55,920 nucleotides of DNA from an uncultured Pyrinomonadaceae bacterium (GCA_902805935.1 CADCUR010000001.1:1-55920); one strand, 5' to 3'. Numbered from the stretch's first letter, positions 26,482 through 35,908 are shown. Notes: a model not told the origin generated them from the letters alone. Numbers and translations are program-made.

Positions 26482-27723
26482 TTACTGCGGCAAAACAATC
26501 TCAAAAATTGTGCCTTTTCCGTTTCGGCTCTTGACGTTTATTGCGCCGCCCGCTTTTTCAACCGCAAACTTTACCGCGTCAAGCCCGGCGCCGCGCCCGG
26601 AAATCTCCGTTACGACAGATTTGGTCGAAAATTCCGGCAGGAAAATTAAATCGAGCGTTTCCTGTTCGGTCAAAATTTTATCGCGGGAAATCAGATTTTT
26701 TTCGACGGCTGTGGCTTTTATTTCGTCCGCGCTGATTCCGCGCCCGTTGTCGGAAACAATCAGGCGCAGATTGTTCGCTTGCGCTGCGAGTTGAATTTCG
26801 ATTTGTCCGCTCGTCTCAAAGGCGTGGTCAACCGCGTTGCGGACGAGATGAAGAAGAGCGTCGAAAACAAGTCGGAGTTTCTCAGGCGAGAGTTCTATTT
26901 CGTCAGAGGAAGCTTTAAATCGAATACGTTTGCTAAGTTTTTTCGCCGTCTCTTCGCCGTGTTTGACGATTTGCGCCAGAACGCCCGGTGCGTCGTTTGA
27001 GAAAACATTTAACGACGAATTGAAAATTATCTCTGCTGCGCCCGCTTCGGCAATCGCTTGAATTTTCGGGCTTGCGGCTGAACTGGCGAAAAGAATCTGG
27101 AAACCGATTACTCCGTCCCCGCTCGATTTCGTTCCGGGCAAAGTAGCGATAATTTCGCCCGCCGCGCTCAAACTTTCCCGAAAGTTTACTAATTTGTCGG
27201 CAAAGTTCGCCGTCTCGAAAGCCACTTCAAAACAGAATATGTTTTTCTCGTTTTCGCCGGCGGCGCGAATCGCGTTTTTTTCCTGAATCGAAAGCTGCGA
27301 GAAAAACTCGTCGGGAACGGCGGGCGGAAAGTCTTTCGCAATCTTTTCCGATTCGGATGTTGGCGGAGTAAGATTCCTGAATCTTTCCCAAAAAGAGTCG
27401 GGAATCTCGAAATTTCTTTGCTCCAAAGATTTGATTAAAAGCCCGATGCCTTCGAGAAAAAGAATTTTCGGCTGACCAACGGTAGTGTTTTTCTCATTTT
27501 TTAAGACGGAAAGCAGCGTTTCGAGTGCGTGAGCTAAACGGCTTGAAGAAGTAAAATCGAAAGTTTGCGCCGTTCCTTTAATGGTGTGCAGCGTGCGAAA
27601 GGCATCGCGCCGAAGCGCATCGGAAATCGCTTCAAAACTAGTATTACTTCTGCGCCAATTTTCGGCTAAAGCGCGGAGATTGGCAACGGCTTCGGTTAGA
27701 AATCGGCGGCGAAAATCTTCCAT
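26482..27723 (-). CDS. CheA-like histidine kinase: Hpt (P1) + HATPase (P4), lacking a CheW-like P5 domain
   Basis: The N-terminal Hpt domain has the phospho-His motif FRTLHTIKGTAQTF. The C-terminal ATPase domain has the N box (HLVRNAVDH), G1 (DNGRGI) and G2 (GRGAGLDAV). The ORF ends right after GKGTIFEIVLPQ, where P5 would normally begin. The ATG at 27723 is preferred. Confidence 0.7.
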   Translation of the reverse strand: MEDFRRRFLTEAVANLRALAENWRRSNTSFEAISDALRRDAFRTLHTIKGTAQTFDFTSSSRLAHALETLLSVLKNEKNTTVGQPKILFLEGIGLLIKSLEQRNFEIPDSFWERFRNLTPPTSESEKIAKDFPPAVPDEFFSQLSIQEKNAIRAAGENEKNIFCFEVAFETANFADKLVNFRESLSAAGEIIATLPGTKSSGDGVIGFQILFASSAASPKIQAIAEAGAAEIIFNSSLNVFSNDAPGVLAQIVKHGEETAKKLSKRIRFKASSDEIELSPEKLRLVFDALLHLVRNAVDHAFETSGQIEIQLAAQANNLRLIVSDNGRGISADEIKATAVEKNLISRDKILTEQETLDLIFLPEFSTKSVVTEISGRGAGLDAVKFAVEKAGGAINVKSRNGKGTIFEIVLPQ

Positions 27724-27737
27724 CACGAGTCGGTGGA

Positions 27738-27813
27738 CAGTAGGCGATAAGCGACGGGCAACAGCAATTTCTAATTCTTAAATCTTAAACTGCCAACCGC
27801 TTACCGCCTGCTG
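27738..27813. repeat. Hairpin (about 16 bp imperfect, 44-nt loop) downstream of nusB
   Basis: CAGTAGGCGATAAGCG (27738-27753) pairs with CGCTTACCGCCTGCTG (27798-27813). There is one mismatch and one G-U pair. Confidence 0.55.
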
Positions 27814-27823
27814 CTCGCTAAAG

Positions 27824-28297
27824 TCAGCGCGAAGAGGCGCGAGTTTTCTCGTTTAAGTTTTCGTCGGTGTTTTCCGGCGCGGGATTTTTTTCCAAATCGT
27901 GTTTAACGGCGTCCAGAATGCCGTTGATGAATTGCGTGGCTTCAAAAGTTGAAAAGCGCCGAGCGATTTCCAGGGCTTCGTTAATGACGACCGTGTGCGG
28001 CGTGTCGGTGAAAAGAAATTCGTAAACCGCCAAGCGCAGCACATTGCGGTCAACAATCGCCATTCGCTCGATGCGCCAATGCTCGGCGCGGGTGCGGATG
28101 GTTTCGTCGGTTCGTTCAATCTCGCGCAAAGTTCCGGCAGCTAGATTATTGGCGAACTCGCGCGTCGCTTCATCAAGCGTCGGTTCGCCGAGTTCGCTCC
28201 AATAGCGGCTCGTCAAAACGCTGCCCTGCGTTTTGGCAACGTCTGCCGCAAATAACATTTGCAGCGCGGATTCGCGTGCTTTACGGCGTGTTCCCAT
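27824..28297 (-). CDS. nusB: Transcription antitermination factor NusB
   Basis: 157 aa with the N-terminal RRKARESALQMLF signature. It lies in the conserved ribH-nusB gene pair. Confidence 0.9.
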   Translation of the reverse strand: MGTRRKARESALQMLFAADVAKTQGSVLTSRYWSELGEPTLDEATREFANNLAAGTLREIERTDETIRTRAEHWRIERMAIVDRNVLRLAVYEFLFTDTPHTVVINEALEIARRFSTFEATQFINGILDAVKHDLEKNPAPENTDENLNEKTRASSR

Positions 28298-28315
28298 AAT
28301 GCTTGTTTCGATTCT

Positions 28316-28825
28316 TCAGACGACGTGCGGAAAAACTTTTTTATTTGACTCGCCGCCGTCCATCGTTTTGTATAAATTCACTAATTCAACCGCCGACATT
28401 GCGGCTTCAAAACCTTTATTTCCCGCCTTCACACCGGCGCGATTGATTGCCTGTTCGAGCGTGTCGGTTGTAACGACGCCGAATGTAACCGGGACGCCCG
28501 TCTGCAAAGCGGCGTTCGTTACGCCTTTGGCAGCTTCGCCCGCGACGTAATCGAAATGAGGCGTTTCGCCGCGAATCACGACGGCGATACAAATCACCGC
28601 GTCGAATTTACCGCTCTGCGCCACGCGTTGCGCCGCCAGCGGTATTTCAAACGCGCCCGGAATTTTGAAAACCTCGACTGAATCTTCACTCGCTCCGAGC
28701 CGCTCAATCGCGTCAATCGCGCCGTCAAGCAGCTTGGTGGTTAAAAAATCGTTCCATCTGGCGACGATAATCGCAAAACGAAAGCCGGCGGCGGTTAGTA
28801 GTCCCTGATGAACTTTTGGTTGCAA
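28316..28825 (-). CDS. ribH: 6,7-dimethyl-8-ribityllumazine synthase
   Basis: 169 aa with [20 protein letters not shown] and the TPHFDYV-like motif ([11 protein letters not shown]). It has a TTG start with an AGGAGA ribosome-binding site. Confidence 0.92.
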   Translation of the reverse strand: MQPKVHQGLLTAAGFRFAIIVARWNDFLTTKLLDGAIDAIERLGASEDSVEVFKIPGAFEIPLAAQRVAQSGKFDAVICIAVVIRGETPHFDYVAGEAAKGVTNAALQTGVPVTFGVVTTDTLEQAINRAGVKAGNKGFEAAMSAVELVNLYKTMDGGESNKKVFPHVV

Positions 28826-28864
28826 AATTTTCTCCTACAAAATCGGCGTATATTGTTATCCGCT

Positions 28865-28893
28865 AGTATAAACGGCGCGTCGTGAGGTGACAA
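28865..28893 (-). promoter_or_regulatory. Sigma70-like promoter for ribH-nusB
   Basis: On the minus strand the pattern is TTGTCA, 17 nt of spacer, TATACT. On the plus strand these are TGACAA at 28888-28893 and AGTATA at 28865-28870. The leader is too short (about 35 nt) to hold an FMN riboswitch. Confidence 0.5.
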
Positions 28894-28901
28894 GGGAAAA
28901 A

Positions 28902-29000
28902 GCGACACGGAGATATAGTGACGCGGAGATTTATTGACGAGAGTTTTTTCTTCGTGTCACCGTATCTCCGCGTTACTGCGTCTCATTTTCTCCGTGTCGC
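28902..29000. repeat. Nested double hairpin (12-bp outer and 10- to 14-bp inner stems) overlapping the 3' end of the upstream membrane-protein gene
   Basis: The outer stem is GCGACACGGAGA (28902-28913) with TCTCCGTGTCGC (28989-29000). The inner stem is ACGCGGAGAT (28921-28930) with ATCTCCGCGT (28964-28973). On the minus strand a TTTTT tract follows, so it probably terminates gene 28973-30058. Confidence 0.7.
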
Positions 29001-30058
29001 AAAATTTCCATCAGTGAAAGCTCGCGCCGCACGATTAAAATCATCCCGACCGCTGTCCAAAATAAAATTCGCCCCTTACGAATAATCGCCAAAGTTACGC
29101 CGACGCCCGCGCCGAGCGCCAGAGATTCGGCGACGAACTGCGCTCCGGCTTCGTCAACGCCGATGAGAAAAGGCACGAGTTTGAAAACAATCGTGATAAC
29201 GCGGCTGACCGATTCGAGCAGATACGCGCTGTATAAATTCGGTATGGCATCGCTGATGCGGCTTAAAATAAACAAGACTTCCAAAATGCCGAGCGCATGA
29301 AAAACGATTTGAATGAAAAATATCGGCACAAAACGGCGCGGATTCTGGCGGTAAAATCCGAAAATCAAATCTTCAAAAAGTTTGACCTGCTGCCGCCCCT
29401 CTTCCAAAATTCGGCGCCCAAAATGCCGATTGTAGAACCAGTTACACAGAGAGCTGAGCAGATGCCATTGGCGAATGACCATCACGAAACCGAAACAAAT
29501 CAGAAATAGGACGAAAAGTATAAGCAGATCAACCGTCAAAACCCAAGCATCGGGAAGTTCGACATTTCTTATAAATGCAAACGCACCGAAGGCAATAAAG
29601 AGACCGGTGACCAGCGAATAAAAAAGATTTTCCGTCGCCACCGACGAAAAACCGACGACCAGCGGAACGCGGTTTCTGACGGCGATGGCTTTCGATGTTC
29701 CGCTGATCAAAACGCCGAGCGGAATCAAACTGCTCAACGCTTCGCCGATGATGACCGCCGGCAAAGTATCAGAAAACTTTAATCGGTAAGGGTCGGAAAC
29801 GGACAACCGCCAGGCAGTCGCGCGGCAGGCGATTCGCAGAAAATAAATCAGTATAATCAACGCGAAACCGCCGAACCCGATGCGTCCGATGCCAGCGAAG
29901 ATTTCTCGCACGCCGACCGAATAAACGAAATACACGAATAGCGCGATGCCCAGAACGGTCAGCACCGCGCCGAAGATTTTCAGGCGTTTGATGTTTTTTG
30001 TTTTCCTAAGATTTTGAGTCTTGACGTTCGCGGTCGGGATTTTTATTTCAGGATTCAC
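28973..30058 (-). CDS. Integral membrane protein, UPF0104 / lysyl-PG-synthase-TM (flippase-like) family
   Basis: 361 aa with about 8 predicted transmembrane helices. The N-terminal pattern (KRLKIFGAVLTVLGIALFVYFVYSVG...) and overall layout resemble the flippase-like domain family. The assignment is from memory only. Confidence 0.5.
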   Translation of the reverse strand: MNPEIKIPTANVKTQNLRKTKNIKRLKIFGAVLTVLGIALFVYFVYSVGVREIFAGIGRIGFGGFALIILIYFLRIACRATAWRLSVSDPYRLKFSDTLPAVIIGEALSSLIPLGVLISGTSKAIAVRNRVPLVVGFSSVATENLFYSLVTGLFIAFGAFAFIRNVELPDAWVLTVDLLILFVLFLICFGFVMVIRQWHLLSSLCNWFYNRHFGRRILEEGRQQVKLFEDLIFGFYRQNPRRFVPIFFIQIVFHALGILEVLFILSRISDAIPNLYSAYLLESVSRVITIVFKLVPFLIGVDEAGAQFVAESLALGAGVGVTLAIIRKGRILFWTAVGMILIVRRELSLMEILRHGENETQ

Positions 30059-30145
30059 TTGCTCTTTGCCTTTTGCCTCTTGCGCCTATTATGATTGATG
30101 TTAAAACATAAACATTCGATTACAAAATCAAAGGGAAATTTTAAT

Positions 30146-31327
30146 ATGAACGCAGCAGCTTTAGAACGCGAATATACAAGTAACGCATTAACCGTTTTGT
30201 CAGAAGAGGAAGAACTTTTTCGCGCGTCGGTGCGCGAATTTGCTGAAGGCGAAGTCCGCCCGCGCGTCGAGCGAATGGAACACGAATCGAAACTCGACGC
30301 GGACTTAATCAAACAGTGTTTTGACTTGGGTTTGATGGCAATCGAAACGCCGGAAGAATACGGCGGCGCCGGTTCGTCGTTCTTCAACGCGATTTTAGCC
30401 ATCGAAGAATTAGCCAGAATTGACGCTTCGACATCGGTTTTCGTTGACGTGCAGAACACTCTGGTGACGAACGCGATTATCCGCTGGGCAAGCGACGATT
30501 TGAAACGGAAATATCTGCCGCAGATGGCTGAATCAAAAGTCGGCGCGTATGCTTTGAGCGAAGCCGGAAGCGGTTCGGACGCTTTTGCTCTAAAAACAAA
30601 GGCGATTGACCGAGGCGATTACTGGGAAATCAACGGGCAGAAACTCTGGATTACGAACGGCAACGAAGCGGAAATTTTTATCATTTTCGCCAGCATCAAT
30701 CACGAAGAAGGTTATAAGGGAATCACGGCTTTCATCGTCGAAAAAAGTTTTGAAGGATTTTCGGTCGGCAAAAAAGAAGACAAACTCGGCATCCGCGCCA
30801 GTTCGACGACCGAATTGATTTTAGACAATTGCAAAGTTCCGAAAGAAAATGTTTTGGGCGAGGTCGGCAAAGGCTACAAAGTTTCCATCGAAACTTTGAA
30901 CGAAGGCAGGATCGGCATCGGCGCGCAAATGGTCGGCATCGCGCAGGGCGCGTTTGAAGCCGCTTTGTATTACACGAACGAGCGCGAACAGTTCGGCAAA
31001 AAAATCTCGGACTTTCAAGCCGTGCAGTTTCAACTGGCGGAAATGGCGATTGATTTGGAAGCCGCCCGGCTTTTGGTTTACAACGCCGCGCGTTTGAAGG
31101 ACGCAGGCAAACCGTTTTTGAAAGAAGCGGCGATGGCGAAAGTTTATTCGTCGCGCGTGGCAGAAAAAATTTCGTCAAAAGCGATTGAACTTTACGGCGG
31201 CTACGGCTACGTGAAAGATTACCCGGTCGAAAAATTCTGGCGCGACTCGAAAATCGGCGCGATTTACGAAGGCACGACAAATATGCAGCTTCAGACCATT
31301 GCCAAATTGATTACGAGCGGGAAATAA
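30146..31327 (+). CDS. Acyl-CoA dehydrogenase (short or branched-chain type)
   Basis: ACAD signatures are present: YALSEAGSGSDAF, WITNG, the catalytic-base region YEGTTNMQ and QFGKKISDFQAVQF. The ATG at 30146 has an AAGGGA ribosome-binding site. Confidence 0.92.
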   Translation: MNAAALEREYTSNALTVLSEEEELFRASVREFAEGEVRPRVERMEHESKLDADLIKQCFDLGLMAIETPEEYGGAGSSFFNAILAIEELARIDASTSVFVDVQNTLVTNAIIRWASDDLKRKYLPQMAESKVGAYALSEAGSGSDAFALKTKAIDRGDYWEINGQKLWITNGNEAEIFIIFASINHEEGYKGITAFIVEKSFEGFSVGKKEDKLGIRASSTTELILDNCKVPKENVLGEVGKGYKVSIETLNEGRIGIGAQMVGIAQGAFEAALYYTNEREQFGKKISDFQAVQFQLAEMAIDLEAARLLVYNAARLKDAGKPFLKEAAMAKVYSSRVAEKISSKAIELYGGYGYVKDYPVEKFWRDSKIGAIYEGTTNMQLQTIAKLITSGK

Positions 31328-31455
31328 AATTTCAAACACGAAGCGAGCGAACGTAAAAGATAAAAAGTCGAGCATCTGACAACAAAGTCAGCAATTGCGT
31401 CAAACAGAATCAATTTCATCGTTTCTCATTTTCCGAAAAACTTCTCGTGTTCAAT

Positions 31456-31485
31456 AAAAAAGACGATCAAATGATCGTCTTTTTT
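31456..31485. terminator. Bidirectional intrinsic terminator (acyl-CoA dehydrogenase / S8 protease, convergent)
   Basis: The sequence is AAAAA-AGACGATC (31461-31468), loop AAAT, GATCGTCT (31473-31480), TTTTT. Confidence 0.85.
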
Positions 31486-31508
31486 ATTTGGAATGTTTCA
31501 AACGAAAT

Positions 31509-32936
31509 TTAATTTCCCAGAGCCTTGCCCGCGTTGATTCGTCCGCCAGTTTCGACTTTGCCGTTAAGCGAATCAAGTTTATCAACCGATTTCAAAACTC
31601 TTTCGCGCAATTTTTCGACCGACAATTTCGGCTCGCTTGCCAAAACTAAACCTGCCAAGCCCGCGACATACGGCGTTGCCATTGAAGTTCCAGACGCTTC
31701 GCGGTATTCGTCGCCGAGCCAGGTTGAAAGAATTTCTCTGCCCGGCGCGGCGATATGGACGGTTTTCACGCCGAAGTTTGAGAAAGAAGCCAAGTTATCG
31801 TTTCTATCCAAAGCCGCGACGCTAATGACGTTCGGCAAATTGTAATTTGAAGGATAATGCGGGCTGCGGTCATTACTCGAACCGTTGTTGCCCGCCGCCG
31901 CGACGAATAAAATTCCTTCCTCGCCCGCCGCGCGAATCACGTCTTCGAGCGCCTTTGAATACACCGTCGAACCCCAGCTCGCATTGATGATGCGGACGTT
32001 TACACCGTTGCGCTTGCGGTCAATCGCGTAATTGATCGCTTCAATGGCGTCTTTGGTCGTGCCGAAACCGCCGCGTCCCATAAATTTGAGCGGCATAATT
32101 TTGACTTTCCAATTGATTCCGGCGATGCCTTCGTCATTGTCGCCTTCCGCGCCGATAATGCCGGAGCAATGCGTTCCGTGTCCGTTATCGTCCATTGGGT
32201 CGGAAAGATTATCGGCAGCATTAAAACCTTGCAGATCGTTAAATGTCCCTAACTCTTGGTCACGATATTGCGGAACATTATCGGGACGAAACCACATATT
32301 CGCGGCTAAATCAGTGTGTTTGTAATCAACTCCGGTATCAAGAACGGCAACGACGACATCAGTGCTGCCTTGCGTTTTGATCCACGCTTTGAGCGCGGCA
32401 ACGTCGGCGTTTGCCTTGCCGCCGTTTTGCCCGCTGTTGTTGAGCGCCCATTGTTCGCTGAATTTCGGGTCGTTCGGCGTGACGGGGTTCGATTCGCTTT
32501 CGCGCAAAAGCGCATCGGAAACTGAAAAGACGGTCGGGTCGTCGAGTTTGATTTCATAATTCGGCTCGGCGTATTTCACGAGATTGGACATTTGCGCGTA
32601 TTGCTCGGCAACCGTTTCCGCGTTTCCGTTATCGAGGTCGTCAATGGCAATTAAACCTTTTACTTCTTCGATTTGGTCTTCGATGCGGTCGTTATTTTTT
32701 TCGGCGATTCGTCTGATTTCCGCCAAACTTACGTCGGAGCGAAATTTAACCAGAACTTCCGGCTGTCTTTCGTCAACCGAACGCTTAGGCGCGATCGGTT
32801 TCGGCGTAGATTTAACAGCCGTATTTCTCGAAAAAAGCGGTTTCGACTGCCAAAGCCTAAGCTGTCCCAAAACCGCCGCAAAAGCAATTAATATAACGGC
32901 GATGCAGAAATGTATCCAAAAATTATTACGATTCAT
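31509..32936 (-). CDS. Secreted subtilisin-like serine protease (S8 family) with an N-terminal propeptide-like region
   Basis: The catalytic triad motifs are VAVLDTGVD (Asp), HGTHCSGII (His) and GTSMATPYVAG (Ser). There is an N-terminal signal anchor. Confidence 0.92.
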   Translation of the reverse strand: MNRNNFWIHFCIAVILIAFAAVLGQLRLWQSKPLFSRNTAVKSTPKPIAPKRSVDERQPEVLVKFRSDVSLAEIRRIAEKNNDRIEDQIEEVKGLIAIDDLDNGNAETVAEQYAQMSNLVKYAEPNYEIKLDDPTVFSVSDALLRESESNPVTPNDPKFSEQWALNNSGQNGGKANADVAALKAWIKTQGSTDVVVAVLDTGVDYKHTDLAANMWFRPDNVPQYRDQELGTFNDLQGFNAADNLSDPMDDNGHGTHCSGIIGAEGDNDEGIAGINWKVKIMPLKFMGRGGFGTTKDAIEAINYAIDRKRNGVNVRIINASWGSTVYSKALEDVIRAAGEEGILFVAAAGNNGSSNDRSPHYPSNYNLPNVISVAALDRNDNLASFSNFGVKTVHIAAPGREILSTWLGDEYREASGTSMATPYVAGLAGLVLASEPKLSVEKLRERVLKSVDKLDSLNGKVETGGRINAGKALGN

Positions 32937-33030
32937 TTTTTAAACTCCTGTTGGGCGCGCGGGCGATTCAATCTTTGCTGAACCGCACGAGTTTCCCGTT
33001 TTTCACCAAACTATAAATCCTCAATAAAAT

Positions 33031-33186
33031 TTATTTAGAGCCGTGCTTTTTGTCGCCGCGCGATTTGTCGGCGGATTTTTTGCCGGTCGTTTCAATATCG
33101 GCAATTTTATAAATCGGATCGCCGTTTTTGTCCGCGTCCGGTATCTTTGCCAGTTTCTTTTTTAATTCTTTGTCTTCCATAATCAT
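33031..33186 (-). CDS. Candidate small Lys-rich protein (51 aa)
   Basis: Hand-translated and below the ORF-track cutoff: MIMEDKELKKKLAKIPDADKNGDPIYKIADIETTGKKSADKSRGDKKHGSK. Its ATG lies 1 nt after the stop of the upstream 93-aa ORF (TAA-A-ATG). Confidence 0.3.
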   Translation of the reverse strand: MIMEDKELKKKLAKIPDADKNGDPIYKIADIETTGKKSADKSRGDKKHGSK

Positions 33187-33187
33187 T

Positions 33188-33469
33188 TTACGTCTCAACG
33201 ATACGATTCGTTCCCTGAAATCCGCACAGACGCAGTTGATATTTGTCGGCGCGATATTCGTATTTTTCGCCGTTTGCCGCCAGATTTATCTGCCAGCCGG
33301 TCGAAATCATCTGCGCCGACATCTCATCTTCGACCGGGGCGCCGAGCGACATATCGGGAAAATCCCGCTCGCTGACGGAAACTTCTTTGATTTCGTTTTC
33401 CGAAACGTTCAAACGCTTCGCTAAATCGGCTTTCGCCCGCTCAATCGCGCTGTCCTTATTAAAATTCAT
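33188..33469 (-). CDS. Small hypothetical protein (93 aa)
   Basis: It has an ATG start, no signal peptide and no recognised motif. A minus-strand promoter-like element lies upstream (TTGACT-17-CAAAAT). Confidence 0.45.
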   Translation of the reverse strand: MNFNKDSAIERAKADLAKRLNVSENEIKEVSVSERDFPDMSLGAPVEDEMSAQMISTGWQINLAANGEKYEYRADKYQLRLCGFQGTNRIVET

Positions 33470-33552
33470 TTTTTGTTTCTTTTCCGTCGGATGATAAATA
33501 AATTTTGCGCTTCTTTCGCCGCTTAGTCAATTAAAAAAATGTTACAAAATGG

Positions 33553-33572
33553 GTTTTCCACCTGTGGAAAAC
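33553..33572. promoter_or_regulatory. Operator-like palindrome GTTTTCCAC-CT-GTGGAAAAC
   Basis: This perfect 9-bp inverted repeat with a 2-nt spacer lies about 25 nt upstream of the putative minus-strand -35 box for ORF 33188-33469. Confidence 0.4.
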
Positions 33573-33650
33573 TTTTGGCGAAACGGCTAAACTTCTTATT
33601 TTAAGCCGCTTATCGAGTTTAATCCGCCTGAAATTATTTCTCTAGAAAAC

Positions 33651-33680
33651 TTGTCAAGCTGACCGAAATCCGGCTATAAT
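33651..33680 (+). promoter_or_regulatory. Sigma70-like promoter with no downstream plus-strand gene
   Basis: TTGTCA (33651-33656), 18 nt of spacer, TATAAT (33675-33680). Confidence 0.45.
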
Positions 33681-33686
33681 AAATTT

Positions 33687-33803
33687 TGCTTATCGAAAGG
33701 GACGCCTCGGAAGCGTTTCGATGCGTCGCCAACAAATTTATCAAAAATTAGTATCCGAATATAAATTTAGATGCAAAAAGGCTGTCAAACCGACAGCCTT
33801 TTT
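33687..33803 (+). ncRNA. Candidate small RNA (about 115 nt) bounded by a promoter and a terminator
   Basis: The predicted transcription start lies about 7 nt after the TATAAT box. A 5' stem-loop forms from ATCGAAA...TTTCGAT (33692-33723). The 3' end is the bidirectional terminator at 33775-33803. The only plus-strand ORF is a Lys/Arg-rich reading frame antisense to a real gene. Confidence 0.3.
33775..33803. terminator. Bidirectional intrinsic terminator
   Basis: The sequence is AAAAA-GGCTGTC (33780-33786), loop AAACC, GACAGCC (33792-33798), TTTTT. It overlaps the stop codon of the minus-strand DUF2085-like gene. Confidence 0.8.
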
Positions 33804-34327
33804 ACTCGTCGTTTACTCGGCAGAAAACGGGAAAATTCGATTAACGCCGGAACGATGTATGCCGCGCACGCCGCGCCTAAAATCGCGCCGGTCAGAAACC
33901 GCGAAAAATGCGTGTTTGCCCAAATCTCGAAGAATCCCAATAGCCAGTCAAACGCCATCGGAGCCATCGCCGCAAAAAGCCAAAAGCGCCGAAACGGTTC
34001 GGTTTCCTCAATCCGGCGCAGAAAAGGGTAAATCAGAAAACTGCCGAACAAGCCGAAGTAAATGCCGCAACAACGCGAGCAAACCGCGAAAGCGTGCGCG
34101 CCGAACGAAGGCGAGCGCGACGAATTTTGATGACAAAGAAAACCAAAAAATTTATAAAGCGAATTTGAAACGCCCGAAAAATCATTCGCCTCGGCGAGCG
34201 GCGCCAGCACGATTAGAAAAACCCAAACGAAAACTAAAAAAGCCGCTATGCCCCAGACAAAAAATGCTCGCCGCCGCATTGAAGCGAGGGCGTTTTGCGG
34301 AATATAGCTTTCGATTGTTTCGGGCAT
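33785..34327 (-). CDS. DUF2085-family membrane protein
   Basis: 180 aa with 4 to 5 transmembrane helices and the conserved Cys/His pattern FLCHQNSSRS...FAVCSRCCGIYFG that I associate with DUF2085. Confidence 0.65.
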   Translation of the reverse strand: MPETIESYIPQNALASMRRRAFFVWGIAAFLVFVWVFLIVLAPLAEANDFSGVSNSLYKFFGFLCHQNSSRSPSFGAHAFAVCSRCCGIYFGLFGSFLIYPFLRRIEETEPFRRFWLFAAMAPMAFDWLLGFFEIWANTHFSRFLTGAILGAACAAYIVPALIEFSRFLPSKRRVKRLSV

Positions 34328-34432
34328 TTTAAGTTAACGCCAAGGCGCAGAGCCGCAAAGGGTTTAATAAGCATTAAAAGACTTTTCTAAATTTTCAAAT
34401 AATTTTTTGCGCCCTGGCATTAAAAATTCCTT

Positions 34433-35476
<1,044 letters not shown>

Positions 35477-35611
35477 TTTCCTTCCTTAATGTAGATTTAC
35501 AAATTTATTGTGGCATTCTAACACTTGTCTAACCTGCTTTGACAAGTTATGCTTTTCGGTATCATATTTTTTATAGTGGTTTTTATAAATTGCAAGGAGA
35601 ATTTCTAGAAA

Positions 35612-35908
35612 ATGACGTATATCGTAGCCGAGCCGTGCATCGAATGTAAATACACCGACTGCGCGGCGGTCTGTCCCGTCGAAGCCTTTCACGAATTGCC
35701 TGACAGACTTTTAATCAATCCTGACACCTGTATTGACTGCGACGCTTGTTTGCCCGAATGTCCGGTCGAAGCGATTTTCTCGGATATGTCAATTCCGCCG
35801 GAATACACCGAATGGCTGGCGATCAATGCCGAAGCGGAAAACTACCCGATTATCAGCACGAAAATTCCCGCCCTGCACGGCGCGGGCTGTTCGGGTCCGC
35901 CGGAATAG
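35612..35908 (+). CDS. fdxA: 4Fe-4S (7Fe FdxA-type) ferredoxin
   Basis: MTYIVAEPCIECKYTDCAAVCPVEAF plus the CIDCDACLPECP cluster motifs. The protein is 98 aa. Confidence 0.88.
   Translation: MTYIVAEPCIECKYTDCAAVCPVEAFHELPDRLLINPDTCIDCDACLPECPVEAIFSDMSIPPEYTEWLAINAEAENYPIISTKIPALHGAGCSGPPE

Noticed and set aside
28826-28972. Possible FMN (RFN) riboswitch upstream of ribH
   Set aside because: The space between the promoter-like element and the ribH start is only about 35 nt. The remainder is a terminator-type nested hairpin belonging to the upstream gene. No RFN-like conserved core is visible.
33721-34332. 203-codon plus-strand ORF, rich in Lys, Arg and Pro
   Set aside because: It lies fully antisense to a credible DUF2085-type membrane-protein gene (33785-34327). 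Its composition is low-complexity and typical of the reverse frame of a hydrophobic gene. It has no ribosome-binding site.
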